64,000 nt of DNA from Mobula hypostoma (Eukaryota): contig NC_086097.1 in the NCBI RefSeq assembly GCF_963921235.1, positions 91,514,001 through 91,578,000 of the forward strand, written 5' to 3'. Of the stretch, positions 52,611 through 64,000 are shown piece after piece. Each line of letters begins with the position of its first letter. Position 1 is the first letter of the stretch. Under the pieces are notes generated by a model. It searched no databases. It saw only the letters and a list, made by a program, of their open reading frames with translations, and was not told the DNA's origin. Position numbers and translations under genes: made by a program.

Positions 52611-53494
52611 TGTTGACATACAGAATTTTCTGCTAGTTCAAGCAACAAACAAAATATGCAAACACTAAACTTACCAAACACTGATTTGTTAGAGATTCAG
52701 ATGCTTTATTTATTGCATTGCCTTCCCCATCCTTTGTTAACTCTGCTGTATTATCCTTACCTACTCTCAACTATGAATCTACTTCTACGAAATCCAAAAC
52801 ATTAATTCTGCCATAGTCTTTTCTACCCTTTAGTTTCCAAATATAAAGGACTCAAGGATCAGGAAATTCAGGACATAATTACCACTGACATAAACAAGTC
52901 ACTTTAGAAGCAAGTTATGAAAAAGTATAAACGTTAAAGTATATAATAATCATGGGGTTTTTTCCTGCCTATTGCAAGTTTTCAGAAGAGGCAAAGAGGC
53001 AGGATTTGGAGAATTGCAAATTGATTTTTTTTGTTCAGTGAATGAACAAGCATACGGGAACTCCCTCAATGACATACAACCATAGTCCTACGTTCTTTGA
53101 CTTCTAAAAAGCCAATAACACATTTTAAATCCAAATCTCTCCAGGGACTCAATCCTCTGATCCCCATCCAGTCCTAGATCCTCTGTAGAGGTTTCATTTC
53201 TCTAACTTCGGCCTCTTCCTCATCTTTCTATTCTTGTCACCTTCTCTAGGCCCCAAACTCTGGAATTCTCTTTCTATATTTTTTCTAAACTTTTCTCAGA
53301 ACATATATCTGAATAAACTTCAAGCCATCTTTTTAAGTACCTCCTTAAAAGGCTTCTGTCAAAACTATCTGTGCTCTCCTGAAGAATCATTGGATGCTTT
53401 GTTCAAATGTCCTATATAAATGTGGTTGGCCATTGAGCCAAAAAACAGTGAATAAAACTTTCAAGACAGAATGAATAACCAATTCCATGCAATG

Positions 53495-56400
53495 ACACGA
53501 AACACAGGTAAAGGTTACTTTATTTATTTGTAGTAATCCAATGTATTGCATGTCTGTTCCTTCATAAAGTTTTCACCAATATGTAAAGAAAAGCAAACTT
53601 GCACTACAGTGGGGTTGTAAAACACAAATACTGCAATTGTATCATATATCAGCCTTCTAAAGTGAAAATTCAAAACATTTTAATTAAAAAATTAAAAGAC
53701 TTAAGATTTTATTCTTGTCAGCAAAACAGTGCAAATTTTCACATCATGGTGTGTCTGTATTTGAAACCATTCACATTTGTACAGAGGTTTCACACACAGT
53801 ACTTCCATAATGCTTCCAGGTCAGAGGGCAAGTGCTTTCAGTGGATAACAAATTGCACTCTATTTATATAGATTTAGAAGCAAAGAATGCTGAATATTAA
53901 AATAGTGAATGTTTTATTGATTTGTTCTGGCATGGGTATTATTAAAAATTGGGCAACACCTCCAACCCTTCTCAATTCCTACTCTCCTCACCTAAAATTT
54001 TGCATTTTTAATAAAAGACTTACTGACTTCCGTTTTGGAGAACTGCCCAAGAGTCTTGCAGCAGTGGATAGAACTGTGCCTCTGAACACTTATGGAGGTC
54101 AGTACAAAGAAAAGCAACATAAACCCAATAAAACAGAATAACAAAGGTGAAACGAGAACGAAGCAAATATTTTCACATTCTTTGCATATCCATGTGCAGT
54201 GATGGACCTATGATTAATGTTCACTAAGTTAATTGCAGCTCGGAAGGATACCCCACCATTATATTTCAACCAATTGTTTAAATTGTCTTCACTGGATTCA
54301 CCTGCACTGTTAAACTTGATTGGTCTCCAACACATTTCATCTGTTCACTAAGCATTGCATGATCATCTTTTAGTGAGAACGAGGCTCATCCCTACATTTA
54401 AAAAAATGTTTGTTCAAACATTTGTCCATTTTCAGACAAATTGAATGGAAAATACACAAAAGATTTCCAAGGACCATATGGCAATGTCACAATAATGTGC
54501 TCCTGCTTTGTATTAACTCAATTTAAAGTCATGTTTCAAGATCATTCTACCAATGATATCTAGAAATTACACTCTTTGGATTCTAGGAATCAGCCATCTG
54601 AAGGAACAAAATCAGCATGGTTTAAAAGGTTTAATTTCTTTAATAGTAGCCTCTGACCCTTTCCAACATAGTCCCACAGATGATGACAAATTTCCAATAC
54701 CTTATCTAAGTAACCTTTCTTGATGGGTAACTGGATAGCATATTGTTTCAACATTGAAGGCATCATCTCAGTGGCCAGCACTTTCCTAAACTAGCATGCA
54801 CTTCTGAACCCAAGGCCAGATTAGCCAACTGGACAACTGGGATCAAAATGCTGAGTTTTCATCTGTAATGTTTCCTCTTTATCGAGTGGTTTGTGAAGGA
54901 GGCCTGCAAATGCCCTTTACACAAGTCAATATTAAATGATAGTTATTGAATGTCAGGCACAGGCCTAGAACATAACAATCCTTGAACAGAAAGAAAATAG
55001 CATGAGCTCTTCAGGACCTGGTAGCAGTATGTGAGTAACACATGTTGACATATTACAAGTGCAGAATTAGCATGGTACCATTTTGAGTAGACTTGTACAT
55101 TTCCACATATAGAAAGCTGCCCTTGGTATGTAAGGTTAATTCAGTCAGTATCGGTTATGCCGTTTTATTTATTCAGCCATATTCTAACATGGAAAATAAA
55201 TATGAGAAAATCAGTGGCTATATCCCAAATAATCAGTAGGTCAGTCAGATAGCATGGATTTCAGAAACCCTGTCTCCAACACAAAGGTAAAAGCAGAGGG
55301 GCCCTGTCCCCACTCACGCAAAGCTGTGTATATGGTACCAGTGTACCTCTGTAAAAGTTGCATTTGCTGGTTCCAGAAATTAAAATTGAAAAAGTAGTGT
55401 GCATATTGTATCCCCTAACCGATAGTATTTATTTGTGGAACATCTCCATGTGGAAGTTAATCCAGTAAGCTGCAACAGTATGTATTGAAAAAAATCCTTT
55501 CTCCATCCCACCACAATTACTTCCTCTACAGAGAACGCAGATTCTCACAGGGTTTGGTTCAGTGGTCACCACTTTACAGAGTGCAGGTGGCTGCTAAAAA
55601 CCAGGAGTGCTTGGGCTGCAGGATTATCACCACAGCCAACTCTATTCATATCTGACATCTAAGCACAACCACCTTCCACCCAGTGGGGGAGGGAGGTAGC
55701 AGATGGGGGGGGGGGGAGACAGGTTAATAGGAGGGAGGTGGTGTAGGAGAGGGGGAGGGAAGGTGGGGAGATCAGGTACAAGAACAATAGTGGACTTTTC
55801 CTTTTGCCTAACCCTGTGGTGCGGCAAGTTCATTGTAATACCTTACTTTGCAATGCTGCTGATCAGGCATCAAACCAGAGACTCTCATGTACAGTCCAGT
55901 TCAATACAGTCCAGAAATCTACTGAACTGAAGAGAGATTTGCTTGAACGCTTACAGTTCCAAGGGTGGTGAAGAGTGGTGATAATGGGCTCTAAATTCAG
56001 ATACAAGAGGATGCAAAATTGCCACGGGTTGACAATATATGCCACACTATATATTGGGTTGCACTGTTTGAACAATGTCAAAATTGAGCTCATGCCTTTC
56101 TATTCATGTCTGATTTCACCCCACTGAGCTCAGTCATCTGGAAAATCCTTACTGCAACAGGAAGAAGAGTAAGGCAGCCACCTAAACAAAGATTACACAT
56201 TCTCAAGAACTTATGCCCATCTACAAGTCCTCAACGTCACTTTCATAAACGGTGCAACATTATCTACTCACAGTAACTAGTGGTAAGAACCTCTGAAATG
56301 AGTGACTTGTGTAAAATCACTATTTAAAGATAGTGTCTATAATAAGCAGGTCAGAGATTTAAGCGCCACATAGGAACTGCAGACAGTAATGAAATAGACC

Positions 56401-58447
56401 CTGATTATTGATGACTGGTGTTACATTCTGTAGATCAGATGCTATAAAGTAAGACTAGATATGTGTGAATGTACTGTCGCACACAGACTTATAAAGCAGA
56501 GATGAATATTCTAGCACCACAAATCCTGAAGGCAAAACAGACATTTATATGTGTTTGAGTTATTTAATCTTTAAGACATTGGTATTTGCAGTGTTCCGTG
56601 TCACCTTTCCACCTGCAAATGAAACACTCCTGATGTGCTCTGAGGCACTAGTTCATTGGCATATTACACCCTGCAGGGCCAGATCCTGATTTAGTTGCAC
56701 TTAAGGCAGGTGAGATCTAATGAATTCTCACCCAGAATTACGTATTACTTAAAAATATTTTGGCACATTAAAATAAAAAGATCTGAGGTATTTGCAGAAG
56801 CAGAAAACTACACACTGTTAAGGTTAAATTTCACAATGAGATTATTAATTATTTTCAGTGGGAAGGGAATCAATGCAAACATGGTTTATTTTCAGATGAG
56901 CTACAAGCCTAACTCTGACCCATATATTCAAACGCAAGTCACACACATTATGTTAAGAGTTTTTGCACTGATACAATTTATATGGGGGAGTGGGGGCTGG
57001 CAGGGTGAAAGAGGGATGGGAAGAGATTCATTACATTAAGAGCAAGTACCTTTTGGTGCCTATAGTGGCAGATTCTGCACTGTCACTGCACCAGTCTATA
57101 TAAAACTGTACAACATAAATTATTAGTGTCAAAAAAAAATCAATCTGCACTCCTTCAAGAGACTATATTCTTTCAGGAGGCCTACTCAAATCCATACAAA
57201 TTATGCCATAAATATCAAAGCTAATACCAACAAACTGTTATATACATTGCAAATTATAAGCAAGACCACAAGGAAAACAGGCATCCTTCCTCTTTAGCGA
57301 TAGGTGCACTCAAATTACACAGATTATTTCCTAAATGGCTTTATGTTACAATTGGAATAAAGAGCATCCCACTGCTGTCCACTCCAGAACCAAAAGACAA
57401 CAGTTAAAAATCTATAGAACCCAGGATATGAGCACAAAATGTTATCTGAAGCTGAGCATTTTGGAAATCTTGCACTAGATCACACGGTGGAAACAAAGCC
57501 CCTGTGGTAATGATGAGGCTGGCGTAGGAAAGATCTCATCACTTTGCTTCCTCATCAGGCATCACAAAGGAAAAGACCCCGAGAAGTGCACCAGAAAAAG
57601 GAAAACACGAAAAAGTTATACTTCAGCTTTATTAAAAAGTGGTGCGATAGAAATGTAGCAGCTAGTCGGTGTGACCAGTAAAAACCAAACCTACTTGCCA
57701 GCTTTGGAAGGTGAGAGGGCATTTAGTGGGATGACCTGAAGCTCCACAGCCAGGTAACTCCCCTTTCATAGCCGCCAAGCTAAGACTGTACACTGTTTGG
57801 TAGCTGAGACCCTTATTAAAGAAGCTCAAATGAAATAAACAAAATAATCTAGTGGCAATCACTCTCAGACTTCATTTGGAGTCTGTGCATGTGGCTACAA
57901 TTGAAGTGGCTGGTGGATCTTGGGTATGTGACAAAGAACAACTTGACTCACGATTCACAGTGGATTTCCAGGGAGAAAATTATACCACCTATATTCCAAG
58001 GAGTACAACTATAGCCCAATGCAAAAAAATCCAATTTAAGTCAGTTTTTTTAGTATTAATCTTTGTTCTGCATGGATAATGCAAGGTAGTGAACAGGTTT
58101 GCCACCCATCCTTCAAACTTCAGGCTTTACCCCCATCTGTCGAGAACCAAACAAAACGGGTAATAGCACAACACAATGTGGTAAGTTCATCACACACGTC
58201 TGAATCTGAATGCCATCTTTCCCTTGCTGCAGAGAACCAATGCTGCAGATGCGCCCACATAAACTTCTGGTTAGACTTGGAAAGATTTTTTTTGTAGTAT
58301 TCCTTGCCTTGGAACGTACTTTTCAAAAAAAAAAATTAATTGATGAAAAGCTCTGAAATAGCACACAAGCAGCAGGTGCCTGCAGTTTGCAAAGGGTTCT
58401 TGGCACTGGGTAGCTGCTGGTTTTCAGCCCAGCACAGCTGAGAAAGT
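53495..58447 (-). other. PACS2: Probable long PACS2 3' UTR
   Basis: About 5 kb after the stop with no recognisable transposon, ending at overlapping AATAAA signals followed by GT-rich sequence. The 3' end is inferred. Confidence 0.6.
53519..53528 (-). terminator. Candidate distal polyadenylation signal of PACS2 (AATAAATAAA)
   Basis: Plus-strand tttatttatt gives two overlapping AATAAA on minus, followed by gtaacctttacctgtgtttcgtgtc (GU-rich); lies at the edge of the repeat-free block. Confidence 0.55.
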
Positions 58448-58566
58448 TTAATAAGCAGATTTCAAATGGGTGAAAATGCCAATTGGGAAATACTTCACGT
58501 GAGAGGACCACTGAGCTGCAAGCTGGAAAAACTTCACGTCGTTCCACTCCACTCCATCAATCGTTA
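58448..58566 (-). CDS. PACS2: PACS2 last coding exon to stop codon
   Basis: Acceptor ctctgcttctcttccAG; encodes (V)[38 protein letters not shown] with TAA at 58450-58448; typical PACS-family C-terminus. Confidence 0.95.
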
Positions 58567-59249
58567 CTGGAAGAGAAGCAGAGAAAGATTGAGCACATTG
58601 GCTAAAACAAGTATTCATTTTCGTTTTTAATTCAAAAATAATTGACTGAGCTGAAACTTTGTTTTGTGCAGGTAATAATGATCTGGAATGGTGAAAGAGT
58701 GGGAAGCAAGTTCATTCAGAGACTCCAAACAGAAATTCAATTTAACAGTAAAAGAAGTTTCTGGATAAAGAGGAGTAGGGCACTTCTAACTAGAAGGCTC
58801 TTTCAAAGATCTGTTTGGGCACAATGGGCTGTAAGGCTTGTACCTGCTACATGTTACATGCTACTATAAATAATCACCATCATAGCATGATTACTCATTA
58901 TTTTGTGCTCATCTGCCAAGTAACTAACTCAAGATTCCTTGTGACAGTTCTTAATGTTTTCAGTAAGCTTCCTAGTTTGCTAATTCATTGAGCTTCAAAC
59001 ACAGATAATTATGACCAACTTTAAGTATTGGGGATTGAAATGTACCAGTCGGGGCTTTCTTCCATATCTCGTGATGAACACACTCTATTCTTTTGGTGTT
59101 CTCTCTTGACTTAGAGAAATTTGAAATGACTGTGCTGTTAAAAATGGATTCAGCTGACTTTGTGAAATCCTAGGGAAGTACTACTGTTAGCCATATGACT
59201 CAGGATAGCTAGGACAGTCTGTGGAGCCCACTGTTGCTTACTTTTAAGC

Positions 59250-62050
59250 TACATACTTTTAAGGTGATTGGAGGAAAGTATAAGGGTTTGCCAGATGTAA
59301 ATATCTAACAGAGAGTGGTAAGTGCATGGAACACACTGATGGATAGTGGTAGGGCAGATACATTAGGGACATTTAAAAGACTCTTAGATAGGCACATGGA
59401 TGAAAGACAAATGGAAGGCTATGTGAGAGGGAAGAGTTAGATTGATCTTGGAGGAGGTTAAAAGGTCAGCACAACATTTTGGTCCATTGGGACTCTACAG
59501 CTGTAGTGTTCTATCACTGGTAACATAGATAAACATGGGCAAATCGGTACAGAATCCATAAGAGCAGACAACTATATGTGTGGTTCAAAGAGGAGTGGCT
59601 TTGAATTTGCGGGACATTGACACTAGCACTGGGGAAGGAGGGAGTTGTTCTGCGGGGACAGGATCGATGTGAGCCATGTTGAGCCCGGGTCCAGTGAATC
59701 TCACAAGTAGGACTGTGGATAGGGCTTCAAACTAAATAGTAAGAGGGTGGGTTCAACAGTTTCGGAAAGTATGGATGAAATATAAGAGGAGAGTGTAGGA
59801 GAGGTTACTGAAATCTCCAGAATAAAGAATAAGACAAAAAGTTTAGAAAGGAGTAAGAATTTAACTTCAGAAAACATGGAGACAAAATTGAAAAGAAGGG
59901 GTCAATACAGGATCAAAGGTGTTATATCTGTATGCATGCAGTATGCAAAATACGGTAGATGACCTTACAGCGCAGGATTGACATTGTAGACATCATGGAG
60001 TCATGGCTGAAAGAAGATCACAGCTGAGCAGAGGGGGTGGGAGACTTTATTGGTAAAAATGAAATCAAATCCTCAGAAAGAAGTGACACAGAATCCTTGT
60101 GGGTAGAGTTAAGAAACTGCAAGGTAAAAAGATCCTGATATGAGTTGCACTGTATAAAACCCTTTGAACATTACACAGAATGTGGGGTACAAATTATAAT
60201 GGAGATCGAAAAAGGCATTGCTGCGATGGTCATGAGGTCTTTTATATGCAGGTAAATTGGGAAAATCAGGTTGTTTCTGGAGCCCACGAAAGGGAATTTG
60301 TAGAATTCCTCTGAGATGGATTGATAGAGCACTAGAGAAAAGACAATTCTAGATTAGGTGTTATGTAATGGTCTTGATTTGATTAGGCAGTTTAAGGTAA
60401 AGAAACCCTTAGGAGAAGTGATCATAATGAGATAGAATTCACCCTGTAGTTTGAGAGAGAGAGCTAAAATCATATGTACCCGTATTACAGTAGAGTTAAG
60501 GCAACTACAGAGGCATGAGAGAAGAGCTGACCAAAGCTGATTGGAAGGGAACACTAGCAGGGATGATGGTAGAGTAGCAATGTCTGGAACTTTGGATGAA
60601 GTAGGATCCGTTCATCCCAAGGAAGAAACAGTGTTGTAAATGGAGGATGAGGCAAATGTGGCTGTCAAGAGAAGTCAAAGACAGCATAAAAGCAAAAGAG
60701 AGGGCATATAATATAGCAAAAACTAGTGGGAAGTGAGAGGAAAGCAATGAGGAGAGAAAAGATGAGATATTAAGGTATGCTACTCAGTGATATAAAAGAT
60801 ACCAGAAGTTTTTCCCCAAATACATAAAAGGAAAAAGAGAGGCAAGGGTGGACATCAGACCACTGGAAAATGATGCCAGAGAGGTAATAACAAAGAAATG
60901 GCAGACAAACTAAATAAGTATTTTGCAGATACCAGCAGCATGCCAGAAATTCAAGAGTGTCAGGGGCAGAAGTGAGTGTAGTTGTTATTACAATGCGGAA
61001 GGTGCTTGAGAAACTGAAAGGCCTGAAAGTAAATAAGTCATTTGGACCATATAGTTTACACCCTGGGGTTTGGAAAGAGGTAGCTGAAGAGATTGTGGAG
61101 GTATTAATTGTGATCTTTCAAGAATCACTAGATTCTGGGGTGGTTCTGGATGACCGAAAAATTGTAAATGTCACTCTACTCTTTGAGAAGAGAGGGAAGC
61201 AGAAGAAAGCGGTTATAGGTCAGTTAACCTGGCTTCAGTGGTTGGAAAGATATTAAGGATGAGGTTTTGAGGTATTTCGAGTCACATGTTAAAAATTGGC
61301 CAAATTCAGCGTGGTTTCCTTAAAGGGATATCTTGCCTGAAAAATGTGTTGGAACTCTTTAGAGGAAATAACAGACAGAATAGCCAAATGAGAGTCAGTG
61401 GATGTTGTTTAATTGGATTTTTAGAAAGCCTTTGATAAGGTGCTCCCTATGAGGCTGCTAAACAAGATATGAGCCTATTGTATTATAAGGAAGATACTAG
61501 CATGGATAGAAGATTAGCTGACAGGCAGAATGCAAAGAATGGGAATAAAGGGGGGCCTCTCTGGTTGGTTACGGTGACTAGTTGCATTCTGCAGGGATCG
61601 GTATTGGGTCTGCTACTTGCAACTTTTCACGTTACATATTAAAGATCTAGATTGATGGCTTTGTGTCCAAGTTTGCGGATAATGCAAAGATAGGTGGAGG
61701 GGCAGGTAGTATTAAGAAAGTAGGGAGTCTGCAGAAGGACGTTAACAGATTAGGACAATGGGCAAAGAAGTGGCAAATAGGATACAATGTAGGGAGGTGT
61801 ATGGTTATACACTTCGGTAGAAGGAATAAAGGTGTTGACTATTTTCTAAATGGGGATCAAATTTTAAAAAATCAGAAGTTTAAAGAGACTTGTGAGCCCT
61901 AGTGCAGGATTCCCTAAAGGTTAACTTGCAGGTTGAAACAATAGTAAGGAAGGCAAGTGCAATTTTAGCATTCTTTTCAAGAGGGCTAGAATATGAAAAC
62001 ATAGATGTAATGCTGAGGCTTTGTAAGACATTTGTCAGACCACATTTGAA
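59250..62050 (+). mobile_element. Degraded CR1 elements in the last PACS2 intron
   Basis: CR1 3' end at 59250-59515, then ORF2 remnants (KVLEKLKGLKVNKSFGP, SKFADNAKIGG, FVRPHL). Confidence 0.85.
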
Positions 62051-63222
62051 AAGCACCACAGACAGAGAAAAAGTTCCAAAATATTGCCCAAGTGCCTGAT
62101 TCCCATGCATTGTGCACTAACTATTCCACTTCATCATTTGAATGTGCACACTGGAGAGAAATCATATGTTGGAATAATTCTTTTCAGCTGATCAGGAGAG
62201 GATGACTTGCATTAATAGTATGTCACTTGACTTCAAGGCATCTGAATTACTTTCTGGCCAATTACCTGTTCCTTTCTGAAGTAACACAGAAACCAAAAGC
62301 CAAGTATTATGGTTCTCCTGCTTCTTTAATAAACAACATCAGCCAACCCAGACTTGGAGTAGAGTAATGATGAGGTTTATTAAAAGAAACCCAGGAGTTT
62401 ATTGTGCATGGTGCCCAGGAATTCCTCGCAATTTATTTCCTGCCATTAGAAATGCGGCAGAAGCCACCTCTCCCCCCATTTTATACTACACTTCTGACAA
62501 GTTATTCCAGTGGACAAGTTAGGCCAAAGGGCCCATTGCTTTGCTGTCTTTCCCTCTTGATTCTGATGTGATTAAATACTTTTCTTTCTAGTACATGCTT
62601 CACAATAAAGCCTAATTATGTCAATGGGCAAAAATAAAGGTATTCTGGATTTGTATATTTTTAGTAATATGAGCTATGTGAAATCTCCCAGTGGTGAATG
62701 CAGGAATAGGAGTGCATACAAGGGACACTCATCTCGAAGAAGACGATGAGGGCAGGGGTTTAGGAAAACATACATGGGAAGTTTGGAATTAACTAAACAC
62801 AAGCTAATACTTGAAAATGAGTGCCAGCTTTAGTTCTAGGAGAGCTGCTCAACCTCTAGAGAAGTGAGCTCAATATCTCTGTGGCTACCTGCAGTGCAGT
62901 ACCGGGTGAATCATGAATTTGTAATGCATTTCCTCGGAATGAAAATTAGTAAGACCCCTTTGGTAGAAGAGATAAACAATTCCATTTCTTTCAACTAAAA
63001 CAATAAAAAAATGTAAGTGTCCATCATAATTTTTCTGTGGCCATTACATTTGTAAAGTACAATGAATAACCAAATGGCTACAGTGAACTTTGAGATATAG
63101 AAGGTACAACATAAATGTAAGTCTCTATCTGTAATATCACACACAACCATGTACTTACTCAAAGAAGATTTATAAAACAATACTGTTAAAAGTCAAGTAA
63201 ACCCAATTCTTTCCACTCATAC

Positions 63223-63336
63223 CTCTCAGCATGGTCTGCTGTTGTTTTGCAGTGCAGATTAACCGGCTGATGCCTTCAATCACCTGGCTCTTTGATTCCA
63301 ATTCTTTGTCTTTTGTCTTCTTGGGCAAAAACATCA
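63223..63336 (-). CDS. PACS2: PACS2 penultimate coding exon (114 nt)
   Basis: Acceptor ctttcttttAG, donor GAG|GTATGA; encodes (V)[37 protein letters not shown] in frame with both neighbours (phase 1-1). Confidence 0.95.
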
Positions 63337-63825
63337 CTAAAAGAAAGATATTTCATATTAAAATGTGAGGTAATGAAATGTGGTGCATCGCAGTCAGTCA
63401 CACACTGATATGTCACAATAATCAACTTTAAAAAAGCATAATTGGTTGTAAGGTTGTAGGGAAAGTCATCGGTCTAAAAGATGGTTTTTCTGAGAATTTC
63501 TATCTCCCACTAATAACTGAACAACAATGCCTTGATTAAGACTGCTTTTCCCACAGAAAGTACATGGACTCAAAGGAAAGGCCAGACTAAAAGCAGGTAG
63601 ATTATAGCAACTAAAGCTCCCACATACTACACATCAACCATAAGCAATGTCAGACGATGAACCAATGTATATTTAAAACACTATCATTCTAAAATTGGGC
63701 CAGCCTGAAGTAATAAATGTGTGTTTTTCAGCAGGTCTATGAAGTATTTCCAGTATTTCAGATTTCCATCAACTACAGCTGTTTGACTTTCAAGAATTAA
63801 GATTCTCCCTGAGCAGTCTTCTTAC

Positions 63826-64000
63826 CTTTTTTATTCTTCTCCTTTGTCACTACTGTCATGGACATAGTTGGAAGGGCTGTAATTTCCCCACTACTGGGCA
63901 GCCTGCTGACCTGGAGGGAGCGGAAGGTGCACTTCAGTGTGTTCTTGGCTGTGGCATCCTTCTTTTCTGGGTCCTTCTTCTTGTCAGCCAGCTGAGCAAT
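63826..64000 (-). CDS. PACS2: PACS2 third-last coding exon (partial; continues beyond window)
   Basis: Manual translation [58 protein letters not shown] matches the PACS2 C-terminal region; ends at donor AAG|GTAAG (GT at 63825-63824), phase 1. Confidence 0.93.

Noticed and set aside
58323..58547. 74-aa ORF listed in the track
   Set aside because: Wrong frame over the true last PACS2 exon.
1..64000. CRISPR arrays, rRNA genes, prokaryotic operons or viral genes
   Set aside because: None seen; the window is spliced vertebrate genes plus transposons.

Overview
Vertebrate nuclear DNA; the repeat content (CR1, Rex1/Babar, Neptune-type Penelope, Deu- and V-type SINEs) suggests a cartilaginous fish, probably a ray (inference). 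Two spliced genes lie on the minus strand. PACS2 contributes its last three coding exons (63826-64000+, 63223-63336, 58448-58566) and a probable ~5 kb transposon-free 3' UTR. EXD2 contributes a probable promoter and non-coding first exon near 44.9-45.3 kb and four coding exons (38446-38790, 29628-29884, 12514-12640, 7245-7576); it continues past position 1. Introns and intergenic DNA are mostly nested transposons. The most notable structure is a pair of TSD-flanked Penelope-like elements in inverted orientation around one EXD2 exon, each carrying an intact minimal hammerhead ribozyme core; one core is sense in the EXD2 pre-mRNA. Also present are an internally deleted Gypsy element with a PNMA-like gag, a 236-bp TSD-flanked structured retroposon with no Pol III head, a solo LTR, Tc1 elements and hAT MITEs. 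No CRISPR, rRNA or true tRNA genes were found. Family names are recognised from motifs, not from database searches.
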